Shown: positions 1 through 9,819, counted from the stretch's first letter. The stretch: 64,000 nucleotides of DNA from Minisyncoccota bacterium (GCA_028690055.1 JAQVBZ010000002.1:29978-93977), one strand, 5' to 3'. A program made the numbers and translations. The notes: generated by a model not told the origin, from the letters alone.

Positions 1-834
1 CTGAAAATCGGACTTATTGTTTGCTCTGTTCTTATCTTCATTTTCGGTTTTTGGGATGATATCAAAGAACTTTCTTGGAAAAAACAGATGGTATTCCAAG
101 TCATCATCGCGCTTATAATGATTTATGCGGGCTTAAGCGTGGATTATATCGCCAACCCTTTCGGGGGGAGGGAATTCCGGTTGGACAGTTTCTCTTTTAT
201 GGACTTTTCGGTTTTAGGCTCTCTCTTTGTAATCTTGTGGATCGTTGGTTTTATGAATGTGGTCAACTGGTTGGACGGGATGGATGGATTGGCGGGAGGC
301 GTAGGAGCAATCGGTGCGTTCACGATTTTTCTTTTAAGCACAAGCGATTTGGTAAATCAGCCTCCACTCGCTGTGATGGCTATCGCGCTAGTCGGTGCGC
401 TTCTGGGTTTTTTGTTTTTCAATTTTCATCCCGCTAAGATCTTTATGGGATCAAGCGGTGCGCTCTTTCTCGGTTTTATACTTGCGGTGCTAGCGATATT
501 TTCCGGTGGCAAAATTGCTACGGTATTTCTCGTGATGGGCTTTCCGATTCTGGACGCTTGTTGGGTAATATACAAGAGATTGCGCGCGGGAAAGTCGCCG
601 TTTCTGGGTGACCGCGGCCATTTTCATTATCAGCTTCTGGAACAAGGCTGGTCGGACAGAGAAGCTGTTTTATTTATATACTTCCTCTCCGCCGTTTTCG
701 GACTGTCGGCGCTGGCGTTCCAAGGGATTTATAAGTTCGTTGCCATCGTTGTTTTGTTCATAACCGTTCCGGTCTTGATAACGAGGGTGAAGTATGGCAA
801 AATCCATTCCCGCAAAATAGACAAAAGCAGATAA
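1..834 (+). CDS. Undecaprenyl-phosphate GlcNAc-1-phosphate transferase, WecA/TagO (PNPT) family; 5' end runs off the window
   Basis: Frame 1 is open from position 1 and continues the 88..834 ORF. Motifs FWDD, NVVNWLDGMDGLAGG and C-terminal GDRGHFHYQLL (DRxHxHH, typical of WecA/TagO rather than the MraY PxHHHxEL) are present. Multi-TM hydrophobic profile. Confidence 0.8.
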   Translation: MKIGLIVCSVLIFIFGFWDDIKELSWKKQMVFQVIIALIMIYAGLSVDYIANPFGGREFRLDSFSFMDFSVLGSLFVILWIVGFMNVVNWLDGMDGLAGGVGAIGAFTIFLLSTSDLVNQPPLAVMAIALVGALLGFLFFNFHPAKIFMGSSGALFLGFILAVLAIFSGGKIATVFLVMGFPILDACWVIYKRLRAGKSPFLGDRGHFHYQLLEQGWSDREAVLFIYFLSAVFGLSALAFQGIYKFVAIVVLFITVPVLITRVKYGKIHSRKIDKSR

Positions 835-879
835 AAATAGAGTGGATGAGATGAGAAAATTTGCACAAGTCGTATTTTC

Positions 880-1278
880 GTGGTAGTTTCGGTAGAAAGG
901 ACTGGTATTATGAAAAATGGTAAAGAAGCAGAAGTCTTTGTAAAAATTCTAAAAGAAAACATTCCAAGTGTCATGAAAAACTTTTCGGGAATGCTGGAAA
1001 TGCTTTCGGAAGAGTTTACGGACAAAAATGGTCCGATATCTCCAGAAGATATAGAATGTATAAAGGAGGAACTGTCAAAAGGCCTAGGCGATTTTCAATC
1101 TCTTTTTGAAAAAGAAAATACCGTAGTTTGGGACGAGTGGGAAAAATTGGAGTTTATTTTCGCTATCCGGATGTGGGAAGCGAAAAGAAGCGGGTGGGAT
1201 AAGCTCTTGCAGTTTTCCAATCTTTTCTTTGATGAATGTTTTGATCTTTATTATTGCGGTGGGATCGGTTCGAGATAG
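880..1278 (+). CDS. Hypothetical protein. Track start is GTG at 880; an ATG at 910 (MKNGKEAEV...) preceded by AAAGGA is the more likely start.
   Basis: ORF from the track, 132 aa, no recognisable domain. Followed by a clean rho-independent terminator at 1290..1321. Confidence 0.45.
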   Translation: MVVSVERTGIMKNGKEAEVFVKILKENIPSVMKNFSGMLEMLSEEFTDKNGPISPEDIECIKEELSKGLGDFQSLFEKENTVVWDEWEKLEFIFAIRMWEAKRSGWDKLLQFSNLFFDECFDLYYCGGIGSR

Positions 1279-1289
1279 AATCAAATTAC

Positions 1290-1321
1290 AGAACCTCTTT
1301 TAAGAAGGTTCTTCTTTTTTT
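1290..1321 (+). terminator. Rho-independent terminator
   Basis: agaacct-cttttaaga-aggttct hairpin followed by a run of 8 T. Confidence 0.6.
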
Positions 1322-1619
1322 GTATAATAAAAGAACCTTTAGTCGGGTAAAAAGGTCTTTATAAAGTTTTAGAGCAGCTTATTTGAACCTCTCCGGGTTT
1401 TTTATGTTTTTAGATTTATTTTTATTCCCGCTAATGTTTATTTTGCCTGCGCCTCCATAGCCAGTTCAAATTTATACCCGGAGTTAAGGCTATCTCCGGG
1501 ATATAGCGGGACCCAGATTTCATTGTTTTTTTCTAAGAGCGCGATAATTTTTTGTATCGCGTACATCTTGACTAGGATATAATAAACCGTAAGGGGCGTC
1601 AATTATCCCGCTATTTCTT

Positions 1620-1647
1620 TTGACATTATTTAAAAATTAGTTATAAT
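1620..1647 (+). promoter_or_regulatory. Sigma70-like promoter (TTGACA-16-TATAAT) upstream of ORF 1695
   Basis: TTGACA at 1620..1625, TATAAT at 1642..1647, 16-nt spacer. Confidence 0.4.
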
Positions 1648-1694
1648 AGCGAACATGTTAATCATGTGTCAAAAAAGAAAAATGGAGAGAGACA

Positions 1695-2048
1695 TTGAAT
1701 CATAAAGGATTGGATTATAAAAGGCGATTTGAGGTAGTAGCAGTCGGCGCAGACGGAGGAGAAAAAATAGTACTGATTTTTCCGTCTGAAGAGGCAGTAA
1801 AAGAATATTTCATGTATAGGCAATATTCTTCGTCCAATCTATCGTTGGCAATCAAGCTTAGCGTGAAGGCCTGCGCAAAAAGAATTTTCAAGAGATATGG
1901 AAGAGAGCGTGCGAAGAAAATCTGTCTAAGTATGACGAAGGTTATGGAGGAAACCTGTAAACAAATTAGAGAGAACGAAGTTTACAAAATAACATCGGTT
2001 GAAGGATTTCGTAGTTGTGCTATGGATGATTGTTCGGTCGATATATGA
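1695..2048 (+). CDS. Hypothetical protein (TTG start), 117 aa
   Basis: ORF from the track. GGAGAG 3 nt upstream of the TTG. No recognisable domain. Confidence 0.4.
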   Translation: MNHKGLDYKRRFEVVAVGADGGEKIVLIFPSEEAVKEYFMYRQYSSSNLSLAIKLSVKACAKRIFKRYGRERAKKICLSMTKVMEETCKQIRENEVYKITSVEGFRSCAMDDCSVDI

Positions 2049-2296
2049 AATTTACCGTATTCAGTAAAAAATATCGGTGATTCGCCAAAGCTGTAACCAA
2101 AATAGGATTACAGTTTTTTATTTTTGAAATGGCCTTTGACTGGGGGTATCGTGAGGTAGCAACAGTCGATAGGTATACATCCGAATCTATCGGTTTGCAA
2201 ATAAAACTTTGCGTTTAAACCTCTAGGCTTTGTGATTGTCCCGCTAAAATCTTCCCTGATGTCGAGATTTTTTCTTGAGAGGTTTTTTTAGCACTC

Positions 2297-2325
2297 TTGA
2301 CAAAAATCTAATAATAATATATAAT
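2297..2325 (+). promoter_or_regulatory. Consensus sigma70 promoter TTGACA-17-TATAAT
   Basis: TTGACA at 2297..2302, 17-nt spacer, TATAAT at 2320..2325. AAGGAG RBS at about 2361 ahead of the ATG at 2374. Confidence 0.55.
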
Positions 2326-2373
2326 GTCCAGTCAAATATATAAACAAAAATCAAAAAGAAAAGGAGACATTAC

Positions 2374-2838
2374 ATGGCAGTTATAAACCCGTTTGAACGA
2401 GAAATGCTAGAAAAAGAAACTCAGGTGGAGATAGCAGGCGGAATGAAATTTACTCTGACATTTTACGAAGAAGTTGGGCCTCTTAATTCCGGAGATCCTG
2501 GCTATGATCGTTATTGGACCGAAACACTTGGGGAGCCGCACCTTATGAAGATGCGGCTAACGAGCAAGACGTTTCTTTTTGAGAGGACCTTGGAGATGAG
2601 TTTTCAATACTGCAATTTTCCGGATAAGGAGATTAATGGGTGTATTAAGTACAGCTATAGTAAAATCTTACTCGGACGGAAACGTAAAGAATTTTCCGGT
2701 CAGACATATCGCAGAGTAAAAAACAGGAAGAATCTGTCGAACATATCCAGGGAGACTGTAGTTTTAGTTGTCAGAGAGGAATTAAATGAGAACGCCTGGG
2801 CAGAAAAACTCAGTAGAATCTGGAACATTGAAAATTAA
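2374..2838 (+). CDS. Hypothetical protein, 154 aa
   Basis: ORF with perfect upstream promoter and AAGGAG RBS. No recognisable domain. Confidence 0.5.
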   Translation: MAVINPFEREMLEKETQVEIAGGMKFTLTFYEEVGPLNSGDPGYDRYWTETLGEPHLMKMRLTSKTFLFERTLEMSFQYCNFPDKEINGCIKYSYSKILLGRKRKEFSGQTYRRVKNRKNLSNISRETVVLVVREELNENAWAEKLSRIWNIEN

Positions 2839-3053
2839 ACAAAAAATCAGATTAGGAGGATATATCGAATGGTTATGATAACGCCGGAAACAGCAAATAC
2901 GATCATGTCTATTATGGCTGCTTTCGCAGCCGGGAGCGCGATTGCCGGGCTGTGTTCGTTATATTGCAGCTACATATTCAGTGCCGACGAAGAATTGTGC
3001 TGTAATATTGCATCTACCCTGTTGGTGACGGCGAGTGTTGCTTTCTGTTCAAC

Positions 3054-3356
3054 TTGGAGGAATACTTCGGAACCTTGATTGATTCTTATATCGACCAAGC
3101 CAGTACACCGGAAAAGAAAGCGTCTCGTATTCTTTCAAAACAATTATGCAACTCTTTATATCAATTTCATTTTCACGGCCGTAACGTTGTGCAAATGAAG
3201 AAAGAGGTCATAGGCGCGATGTCCATGCTTTTGATAGAGGAGGTTGCTAAGGAAAAAGATTCAGGAGAAAAGGCGGTACCAAGAAGGAACTTAGGGTTTG
3301 TTCTAGCAATTTTTTTTTCTGCGGATCAAATTTATAATAATCAAGAAGGTGAATAA
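3054..3356 (+). CDS. Hypothetical protein, 100 aa. Possibly the downstream part of a frameshifted or overlapping pair with the small hydrophobic ORF 2869..3078.
   Basis: ORFs from the track in adjacent frames. No recognisable domain. Confidence 0.25.
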   Translation: MEEYFGTLIDSYIDQASTPEKKASRILSKQLCNSLYQFHFHGRNVVQMKKEVIGAMSMLLIEEVAKEKDSGEKAVPRRNLGFVLAIFFSADQIYNNQEGE

Positions 3357-3472
3357 TTCTGATCGAAAAGAACGATGCAGCTCTTAGGAGGTTCGTAGAA
3401 GAAAGCTCTGATGTTCTTACACGAGCACGACTTGTCGTACAGGCCATATTTTTTGGAAGGATTGACGGGGAA

Positions 3473-3736
3473 ATGGAACTGACAACAAAACGGGAGAAAA
3501 TTGATGTTCTAAAACTTTCAAAAAATATTTTTTTGAAGGCACGGACTCAGGAAAGCGGATTCTTTGATAAAAATATGGAAGAATTGAGGGAAGAACTTAC
3601 AAGGTCCATGTTCAGCGGTATAAATCGTGCTATCCAAGAGGAAGTGTCCCATGAAAAGAAGGAAATATTGCGCAAACATCTGCGGTTGGCAGGTGCGCTC
3701 TTCTTAAGTCCTTTAGGAGATAAAGTATTTGCCTGA
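3473..3736 (+). CDS. Hypothetical protein, 87 aa
   Basis: ORF from the track. Followed by hairpin ggaactaaca-atg-ttggttcc plus T-rich tract at about 3813..3840. Confidence 0.35.
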   Translation: MELTTKREKIDVLKLSKNIFLKARTQESGFFDKNMEELREELTRSMFSGINRAIQEEVSHEKKEILRKHLRLAGALFLSPLGDKVFA

Positions 3737-3924
3737 TGAAGAATTTGATCGAAGGGAGGTGTTAACCATGTATAATATTTAAATTTCAACTGCAAAATAG
3801 CAGTATTTAAGGAACTAACAATGTTGGTTCCTCTTTTATTGACACAAATAACCTTTTCTGATAACATAGCTTTGTTATCTAAAACTCCGTAAAACACTTA
3901 AAATAAATTAAATTTAAGACATAT

Positions 3925-4242
3925 ATGATCGCAGTCATCAAAACCGGCGGAAAGCAGTATAAGATTTCCCCCAAAGACAAGCTAAGAATCGAGAAATTAG
4001 AAGGAGAAGAGGGAGCTACAATCACTTTTGAAGAAGTTTTGCTCATTGCTTCCGAGGACGGTAAGGAGACTATTATCGGCGAGCCTTTTGTAAAAGGCGC
4101 CAAAGTCGAGGCTACTATCGTGAAACAAGGCAGGGCCAAGAAGATCGATATCGTGAAGCACATTCCGAAAAAACGTCACAACGTGAAGAACGGACACAGA
4201 CAGATGTTTACCGAAGTGCAGATTGAGAGCATTGTGAAGTAA
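3925..4242 (+). CDS. rplU: 50S ribosomal protein L21
   Basis: MIAVIKTGGKQYKISPKDKLRIEKLEG... matches the canonical L21 N-terminus (MYAVIKTGGKQYKV). 105 aa. Confidence 0.95.
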   Translation: MIAVIKTGGKQYKISPKDKLRIEKLEGEEGATITFEEVLLIASEDGKETIIGEPFVKGAKVEATIVKQGRAKKIDIVKHIPKKRHNVKNGHRQMFTEVQIESIVK

Positions 4243-4258
4243 GTTTGTGAGAATAATA

Positions 4259-4288
4259 AAAAGGACTCGTAAGGAGTTCTTTTTTTGT
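4259..4288 (+). terminator. Rho-independent terminator after rplU
   Basis: aaggactc-gtaa-ggagttctt hairpin followed by TTTTTTT. Confidence 0.55.
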
Positions 4289-4300
4289 TGTGCTTAATTG

Positions 4301-4384
4301 GGAGTAGCGGGATTCATCCCGCGCGCATTTCGGAAACGTAATGTCCCGGTTCGGACAGCTGCGCAGACTAAAGTCTGTTACTCC
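4301..4384. repeat. REP/BIME-like inverted doublet: GGAGTAGC + hairpin CGGGATTCATCCCG + GCGC ... GCGC + hairpin CAGACTAAAGTCTG + TTACTCC
   Basis: Left arm 4301..4326 and reverse-complement right arm 4358..4384. The same architecture recurs at 7342, 22659, 35175 and 44150. Confidence 0.7.
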
Positions 4385-4413
4385 ATGACACAATGCGCAT
4401 CCGAATGACGGGT

Positions 4414-5013
4414 TCATTCAAACTCTTTTCTCTCCTCCAACGCATGCGATACTGTCATTTCATCGGCGTATTCGAGGTCTGAGCCGGTGGAGAGGCCACG
4501 GGCCAGGTGGGTGATTTTGAGGTTGAATTCTTTGAGGCGTTTCACGAGATACATCGCCGTGGTTTCTCCTTCGATGTTGGGGTTGGTGGCTATGATTATT
4601 TCTTTGACTTCGCTTTTTTTGATTCTTTCGATCAATTGTTCGATATTCAATTTCTCCGGACCGGAGCCTTCGTGGGGCCTGATGGTGCCGCCTAGGACAT
4701 GGTAGAGGCCGTGGAATTTTTTGGTATTCTCGATGACCGGAATATTGATCGCTTCCTCGACAATGCAAATGATGGAACGGTCGCGCTTGGGATTGGAGCA
4801 GAATTCACACAAGTCCATTTCGGAGACATTGAAACAATTTTTGCAGATTTTGGTCTCACGTTTGAGCTCGAGTATGGCATCGGACAAGAGCTGTACTTCG
4901 GATTCGGATTTTCGGAGTAGATAAAAAGCGTAGCGGGTAGCGGTGCGGGGACCTACGCCCGGGAGCTTGGAAAATTCTTGGACGAGATTTTTTAGCGATT
5001 TCGGCTGTGACAT
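4414..5013 (-). CDS. recR: Recombination protein RecR
   Basis: N-terminal helix-hairpin-helix (LPGVGPRTATRYAFYLL), C4 zinc finger (CKNCFNVSE...CEFC) and Toprim region. 199 aa. Confidence 0.95.
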   Translation of the reverse strand: MSQPKSLKNLVQEFSKLPGVGPRTATRYAFYLLRKSESEVQLLSDAILELKRETKICKNCFNVSEMDLCEFCSNPKRDRSIICIVEEAINIPVIENTKKFHGLYHVLGGTIRPHEGSGPEKLNIEQLIERIKKSEVKEIIIATNPNIEGETTAMYLVKRLKEFNLKITHLARGLSTGSDLEYADEMTVSHALEERKEFE

Positions 5014-5118
5014 AAAACTATAGATAATTGTTTCTGTATTTTATAGAGATGCGTTGCACGCGTCTCGGATTTCAGGGTAAAATGTCATTGAAAATCAATA
5101 AGGTTAATTTTACCGATT

Positions 5119-5168
5119 CTTCTCCCTCGCACTGATCCTCTCCCGATGGGAGAGGGGAAGAGACTTTT
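5119..5168. repeat. CCTCTCCC-GATG-GGAGAGG hairpin repeat (family 3, short copy)
   Basis: tctccctcgcactgatCCTCTCCCgatgGGAGAGGggaagagac. Related copies at 12946, 33226, 40310, 50322 and 62322. Confidence 0.6.
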
Positions 5169-5201
5169 TTGGTGCATAGTAATCTAGGTTTATATGAACT
5201 C

Positions 5202-6599
5202 TTATTGCTCGCTGTGCTGTACATCCATATCTACGAAGCTGGTGTATTCTTGTTTGAAGTAAAGCTGTATTTCTCCGATTGGTCCGTTGCGGTGTTTGGC
5301 GATAATGATGTCGGCGATGCCGGTTTTTTCTTCGCTTCGTTTGGCGCGGTCTTCACGGTAAATGAACATTACTACGTCCGCATCTTGTTCGATGGATCCA
5401 CTTTCTCGCAGGTCGGAGAGTTTCGGTTTCTGGTCATCGCGTGATTCGACTCCACGCGAAAGCTGGGAGAGGGCGATAATAGGGATACGCAGCTCTCTCG
5501 CCAGTCCTTTGAGGGAACGGGAAATCTCACTGACCACCTGTACGCGGTTTTCGATATTGGCGCGGCCTTCGATGAGCTGGAGGTAATCGATGACAAGAAG
5601 GCCTAACCCGTGTTCGGCTTGAAGACGTCGTGCCATAGTGCGCATTTCCATCACATTCAGCCCTGCGGTATCATCAATGAAGAGAGGCGCTTCGGAGAGG
5701 GTTCCGATGGCGTGGCCGATGCGCGAGAAATCGTCATTTTCTCCATTAGAGGAGAGGTTGCCGGTGCGCATCTTCCAGAGATCGACGTGCGCTTGAGAAC
5801 AGATAAGTCTGTCGATGACTTCACTTTTGGACATTTCCAGAGAGAAGATGCCGACTGGAACTTTATGTTTGACGGCAGCCTGACGGGCGATGTCCATTGC
5901 GAACGATGATTTACCCATACTAGGGCGCGCACCTAAGATAACAAGGTTGGATTCTTGCAATCCCGACAGTAGACTATCCAGATCCCGAAAACCTGTCGGT
6001 ACACCGCGTAGTTGGCCTTTGTTTTTACTGAGATCGTCAATGCGTTCGAAAGCTTCCTCCAACATCGGTTTGACGGCGGTGAAGTCTTGGCGGATATGCT
6101 TCTGGGAAACGGAGAATATTTTTTGCTCTGCCAGGTCAAGTACTTCGTCCACTTCATTCTTCTCATCGTAAGCATTGCCGATGATTTGTGAGGCGCTGTC
6201 GATTAGCTTACGCAATATCGCTTTTTTCTCCACAATCTTGGCGTAATGAACGATGTTGGCGGCGGTAGGTACGGTATTGGCAAGTGATGCCAGATAGCTA
6301 TGGCCGCCGATCCTTTCCAAATGGTCGGTTTCCTTGAGTCGATTGGAGAGGCTGAGGAGGTCGATCGGCTCGTGCTTTTCGTAAAGGTATAGCATAGCCT
6401 CGAAAATCTTATTGTGAGAGTCTTTGTAGAAATCTTCCGGTGTGATGAAATCGGCGATTTTGATGACGGCATTTTTGTCAATCATAAGCGATCCCAACAC
6501 TGATTGTTCCGCTTCCACGTTTTGCGGTGGCATCCGGTCGGTACTGTTGAATTCAGTCTTGAATTCGGTTTTAGGCTCAGTTTTCTTTTTCTTCTCCAT
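5202..6599 (-). CDS. dnaB: Replicative DNA helicase DnaB
   Basis: N-terminal PPQNVEAEQSVLGSLMID motif; Walker A GARPSMGKSSFAMD; RecA-like C-terminal domain. 465 aa. Confidence 0.95.
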   Translation of the reverse strand: MEKKKKTEPKTEFKTEFNSTDRMPPQNVEAEQSVLGSLMIDKNAVIKIADFITPEDFYKDSHNKIFEAMLYLYEKHEPIDLLSLSNRLKETDHLERIGGHSYLASLANTVPTAANIVHYAKIVEKKAILRKLIDSASQIIGNAYDEKNEVDEVLDLAEQKIFSVSQKHIRQDFTAVKPMLEEAFERIDDLSKNKGQLRGVPTGFRDLDSLLSGLQESNLVILGARPSMGKSSFAMDIARQAAVKHKVPVGIFSLEMSKSEVIDRLICSQAHVDLWKMRTGNLSSNGENDDFSRIGHAIGTLSEAPLFIDDTAGLNVMEMRTMARRLQAEHGLGLLVIDYLQLIEGRANIENRVQVVSEISRSLKGLARELRIPIIALSQLSRGVESRDDQKPKLSDLRESGSIEQDADVVMFIYREDRAKRSEEKTGIADIIIAKHRNGPIGEIQLYFKQEYTSFVDMDVQHSEQ

Positions 6600-6707
6600 A
6601 TTTGATTTTCGTTAAATTACGTATGAAAGAAGTATAACATCGAAAGGTTTTTGGCAAAAGGGGACAGCTTGTGGATGAGATTTGCTGTGTATCTCGATAT
6701 TTTGTAT

Positions 6708-6753
6708 CGTGTCATTCCGGAATTTTGATACTGCAAAATATCCGGAATCCCCG
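6708..6753. repeat. Family-2 palindromic unit (cGTGTCATTCCGGAA...TCCGGAATCCCcg)
   Basis: A 46-bp long hairpin; reverse complement of the unit at 7292..7334. Confidence 0.6.
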
Positions 6754-6828
6754 TGCCAAGCCGATAAAATGTTATAATTTTCGGGTAATCTGTGATAGGA
6801 TAAAAATATAATTATTTTTTATGATCTT

Positions 6829-7203
6829 ATGTATGAAGTTCCGCCTAGTTTTGAAAAAAAACCGGAGCATATTCCAACTTTGGAAGAGATAAAATGGGTA
6901 TTGGAAGAATTAATGAAAGGAGAAAATTACAGTGAAGTCCGTTGCCTTAAAGATTCAGAGGGTATATATCTATTTGAAGTTAAAACTCGTGATAAATTAA
7001 CTGGTGAAATATTAGTACATAGCTATACAAGAAAAGGGCATCGCGAGAACTTCCCTAAGAGTTCTGAAACGGGGGTAGATATAGTCTATTACAAAGATGA
7101 AGATGCTTACAAAAAAGAGGATGTTGAATACGCAGAAGTTTTGGCAAAATATGTTGATGAAAATTGGGAGCTTCAAGCTAATGGAAATTGGGAAGATCTT
7201 TAA
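6829..7203 (+). CDS. Hypothetical protein, 124 aa
   Basis: ORF from the track; no convincing RBS; no recognisable domain. Confidence 0.35.
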   Translation: MYEVPPSFEKKPEHIPTLEEIKWVLEELMKGENYSEVRCLKDSEGIYLFEVKTRDKLTGEILVHSYTRKGHRENFPKSSETGVDIVYYKDEDAYKKEDVEYAEVLAKYVDENWELQANGNWEDL

Positions 7204-7291
7204 AAAAAGACATATTTTTATTTTTAAAAAATCCAGTCAGTTCGTTTCATTCGTAATATTCTGATATTATAAAGATACAAGGCATAATTAC

Positions 7292-7334
7292 GGGATTCCG
7301 GATATTTCGCAGTAGCGAAATTTCGGAATGACAG
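7292..7334. repeat. Family-2 palindromic unit (GGGATTCCGGATATTTCGC-AGTA-GCGAAATTTCGGAATGACAG)
   Basis: Same unit at 33366 and 45176, with compensatory stem changes (TTCAGGA/TTCTGGAA versus TTCCGGA/TTTCGGAA). Confidence 0.6.
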
Positions 7335-7341
7335 ATGAAAT

Positions 7342-7449
7342 GGAGTAGCAGGTTTCAACCTGCGCTGTTATCACATACAGGAACAATAAAACGTATATGT
7401 CGCATTTCTTCGGTTTGTTACAACCGCGCGGGATGAATCCCGCTACTCC
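7342..7449. repeat. REP/BIME-like inverted doublet (GGAGTAGC-CAGGTTTCAACCTG-GCGC ... GCGC-GGGATGAATCCC-GCTACTCC)
   Basis: Left arm 7342..7365; right arm 7426..7449 is the reverse complement of the GGAGTAGCGGGATTCATCCCGCGC type. Confidence 0.7.
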
Positions 7450-7522
7450 GCGAAGTATGTAATGTTTGGTCCGCGTAAATAGGGCACAAAATATTGTGTC
7501 CTTACGAATTGCAGCAGTATCG

Positions 7523-7552
7523 GGATAAAAAAATAGGCTCTTGCGAGCCTAT
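7523..7552 (-). terminator. Bidirectional rho-independent terminator at the cysS 3' end
   Basis: A-run / ATAGGCTC-ttgc-GAGCCTAT / T-run. The hairpin overlaps the cysS stop codon. Confidence 0.6.
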
Positions 7553-9003
7553 TTTATTTTGGTGATTTCAATTCCCTCCGGAGTATCTTTCGTTTCATAA
7601 CCCTTTTCTTTGAGTTCGTCACGGATACGGTCGGAGGTTAAAAAGTCTTTGGCGATGCGGGCTATTTCTCTTTCCTGAATAAGATTTAATATATATGCGG
7701 AGATGATGCTGCCGGTAGAATTCCGTATTGTAATGGTGCGATTTTCAGGGGAGGCAATGTTGATTGTCAGTGTTTCGGTCTCTATAGTGGAAACATTTGC
7801 CAGCCCGAGTCCCAAGACTTCGTCGAATTTGAGAAGGGTTACTTTTTTATCGATATCAGAAATTTCTTTGTTCTTTAGCAGTTCCCATACTAGGGCGATG
7901 GCGCGCGGTGTATCGAGGTTATCTTCTAGCGCAGCTTGGAATTTTTTTGCGTATTCGTCAAGCACTTTGCCTTCTTCCTGGTCGTCGATGGAGCTGATAA
8001 AATTGAATAATTTTTCCAAAGCATTTTCGCTGTCTTGTAAACTCTGCTCAGTGAAGTTCATCTGAGTTTGGAAATGGGCGGTTAGGCAGAGATAGCGGTA
8101 GGCGAGAGGATTAAAACCCTTGTTCTCGATATCCTTGAGGGTATAGAAATTGCCTTTGGATTTGGACATCTTTTCGCCGTTGACCAGTAGGAATCGGGCG
8201 TGCACCCAATAATTCACGAATTTCTTGCCAGTCGCACCTTCGCTCTGCGCTATTTCGTTTTCGTGGTGAGGGAAGATGTTATCTTCTCCGCCGGTATGGA
8301 TATCCAGCGTCTCGCCCAAGTTGGAGATACTCATTGCCGAACATTCGATGTGCCAGCCGGGATAACCCACGCCCCATGGGGATTCCCATTTCATCAGGTG
8401 CTCCTCTCCGGCTTTGAGCCAGAGTGCGAGGTCGTAAGGATTCTTCTTGTCGGGGTTGGCTTCGAGGCGCGCGCCGATTTTGAGATTTTCCAGAGCGTTG
8501 CCGGAAAGCTTGCCGTAGCCCTCGAATTTATCAATGTCATAGTAGACCGAGCCGTTCGATTCATAAGCGTATCCTTTTTCGAATAGTCTTTGGATGAGTT
8601 CAATCATCTGCGATATATATTCTGTGGCGCGAGTGAATTTGTTCGCAGGTAGGATGTGGAGCTTAGCCTCGTCCTCATGAAAAGCTTCTTCGTAAAATTT
8701 GGCGATGTCATAAGGATTTTTATTTTCCCGCTTGGCGGCTTTGAGCATCTTGTCTTCGCCGGCATCGATGTCGTCCTGCGTCAGGTGTCCGACATCTGTG
8801 ATGTTTTTGATATGTTTGACATTATAGCCTGAAAAAAGCAGGGTGCGGCGCAAAAAGTCCGCCATCATAAACGTGCGCAAGTTGCCGATGTGCACGTAAT
8901 CGTAGACGGTAGGACCGCAACTGTACATCGTTACCTCGTTGCCATCTATAGGTTTGAGTTCCTCGATTTGTTTGGAGAGAGTGTTGTATATTCTAAGGGT
9001 CAT
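7549..9003 (-). CDS. cysS: Cysteine--tRNA ligase
   Basis: HIGN motif ([12 protein letters not shown]) and KMSKS motif, class I aaRS. 484 aa with the typical CysS N-terminus [12 protein letters not shown]. Confidence 0.95.
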   Translation of the reverse strand: MTLRIYNTLSKQIEELKPIDGNEVTMYSCGPTVYDYVHIGNLRTFMMADFLRRTLLFSGYNVKHIKNITDVGHLTQDDIDAGEDKMLKAAKRENKNPYDIAKFYEEAFHEDEAKLHILPANKFTRATEYISQMIELIQRLFEKGYAYESNGSVYYDIDKFEGYGKLSGNALENLKIGARLEANPDKKNPYDLALWLKAGEEHLMKWESPWGVGYPGWHIECSAMSISNLGETLDIHTGGEDNIFPHHENEIAQSEGATGKKFVNYWVHARFLLVNGEKMSKSKGNFYTLKDIENKGFNPLAYRYLCLTAHFQTQMNFTEQSLQDSENALEKLFNFISSIDDQEEGKVLDEYAKKFQAALEDNLDTPRAIALVWELLKNKEISDIDKKVTLLKFDEVLGLGLANVSTIETETLTINIASPENRTITIRNSTGSIISAYILNLIQEREIARIAKDFLTSDRIRDELKEKGYETKDTPEGIEITKIK

Positions 9004-9819
9004 ATTTTTTGCTACGGATTAACTCTATAAATTATCGCATACTTGATTTTTTTGGCAAATAAAAACGGCCCTAAAGCCGGAAAAACGATAATATGACAAT
9101 TGTTGCCAATAAAAAAAGGCGCTAAAGCTGGTTGGTATGAGGAATTATGTGCGAGTAGGAAGCTCCCTGTTTTTTAAGTTGTTCCGTTTTTTTGTAATCC
9201 AACTTAGAAAAGCTTCCTAATAGGCAAGCTTCGGTCTATCGGAAAAAAGAATCATTGTAAAGGGTCCGTAATTAGCGGATTTTAAGTCGAAAAAATATGT
9301 CTTTTCGGGCGATGGCGCTTCGATAGGTCTTTTTATGAAATTATGAAAAAACAAAGTCTTATTGACTTTGTGTTTTGTTTGATTTTTTTTAGGGGGCAGT
9401 AAGGAAGAATTTGATAATAGAATAATAGAAAAGGTTTTTTCAAATTCTTCCTTACTGCAAAGGGTTTCCGTTCCAGGACGTTGGGGGTGTATCCGTGGAA
9501 AGCGGATATTCAGATAAGATCTTTTATTTTTGTCTTATCTCTTATTCTTTCTTTTCCAGAACTCTAGTATCGTAGCACATAAAAAATAAATCGTAAAGGG
9601 GTGTGAGATAAAATAAAACAGCCTTCCTTCAGTGAAAGCGTTTTTGTGGGAAGGGGGGGGGCAGTCTCGTGGCATATTTTTGGTATTGCAAACTTGAATA
9701 TCATGTTAAGGATTCCTCGCTCCTTTCCCCGGGTCTCATTTGTTATGACCTGCATTGAGTCTAGCCTAAGTCTTTTTTACCAAGGAAAGCAGATGCTTCG
9801 GAGTGACGCTTTCCAAAGA

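Noticed and set aside
3054-3356. Possible RAYT/IS200-type transposase, based on an HFH (HUH-like) motif in ORF 3054..3356
   Set aside because: No catalytic Tyr context and no similarity to the TnpA fold; 100 aa is too short. The nearest REP doublet, at 4301..4384, lies across the rplU gene rather than flanking this ORF. Motif match judged coincidental.
4460-4924. Several 60-100-aa ORFs on both strands overlapping recR (4460..4768-, 4487..4705+, 4699..4920+, and others)
   Set aside because: Alternative-frame or antisense ORFs inside a confidently identified gene; R/H-rich nonsense translations.
5362-6481. Multiple short ORFs overlapping dnaB on both strands
   Set aside because: Alternative frames of dnaB with no RBS and no motifs.
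9004-9400. T-box riboswitch leader upstream of cysS
   Set aside because: No AGGGTGGNACCGCG T-box sequence or specifier-loop architecture found on the minus strand upstream of cysS.
9784-9814. Hairpin GGAAAGC...GCTTTCC as a corA terminator
   Set aside because: The adjacent T-run lies on the wrong side for a minus-strand transcript, so it is not an intrinsic terminator for corA.
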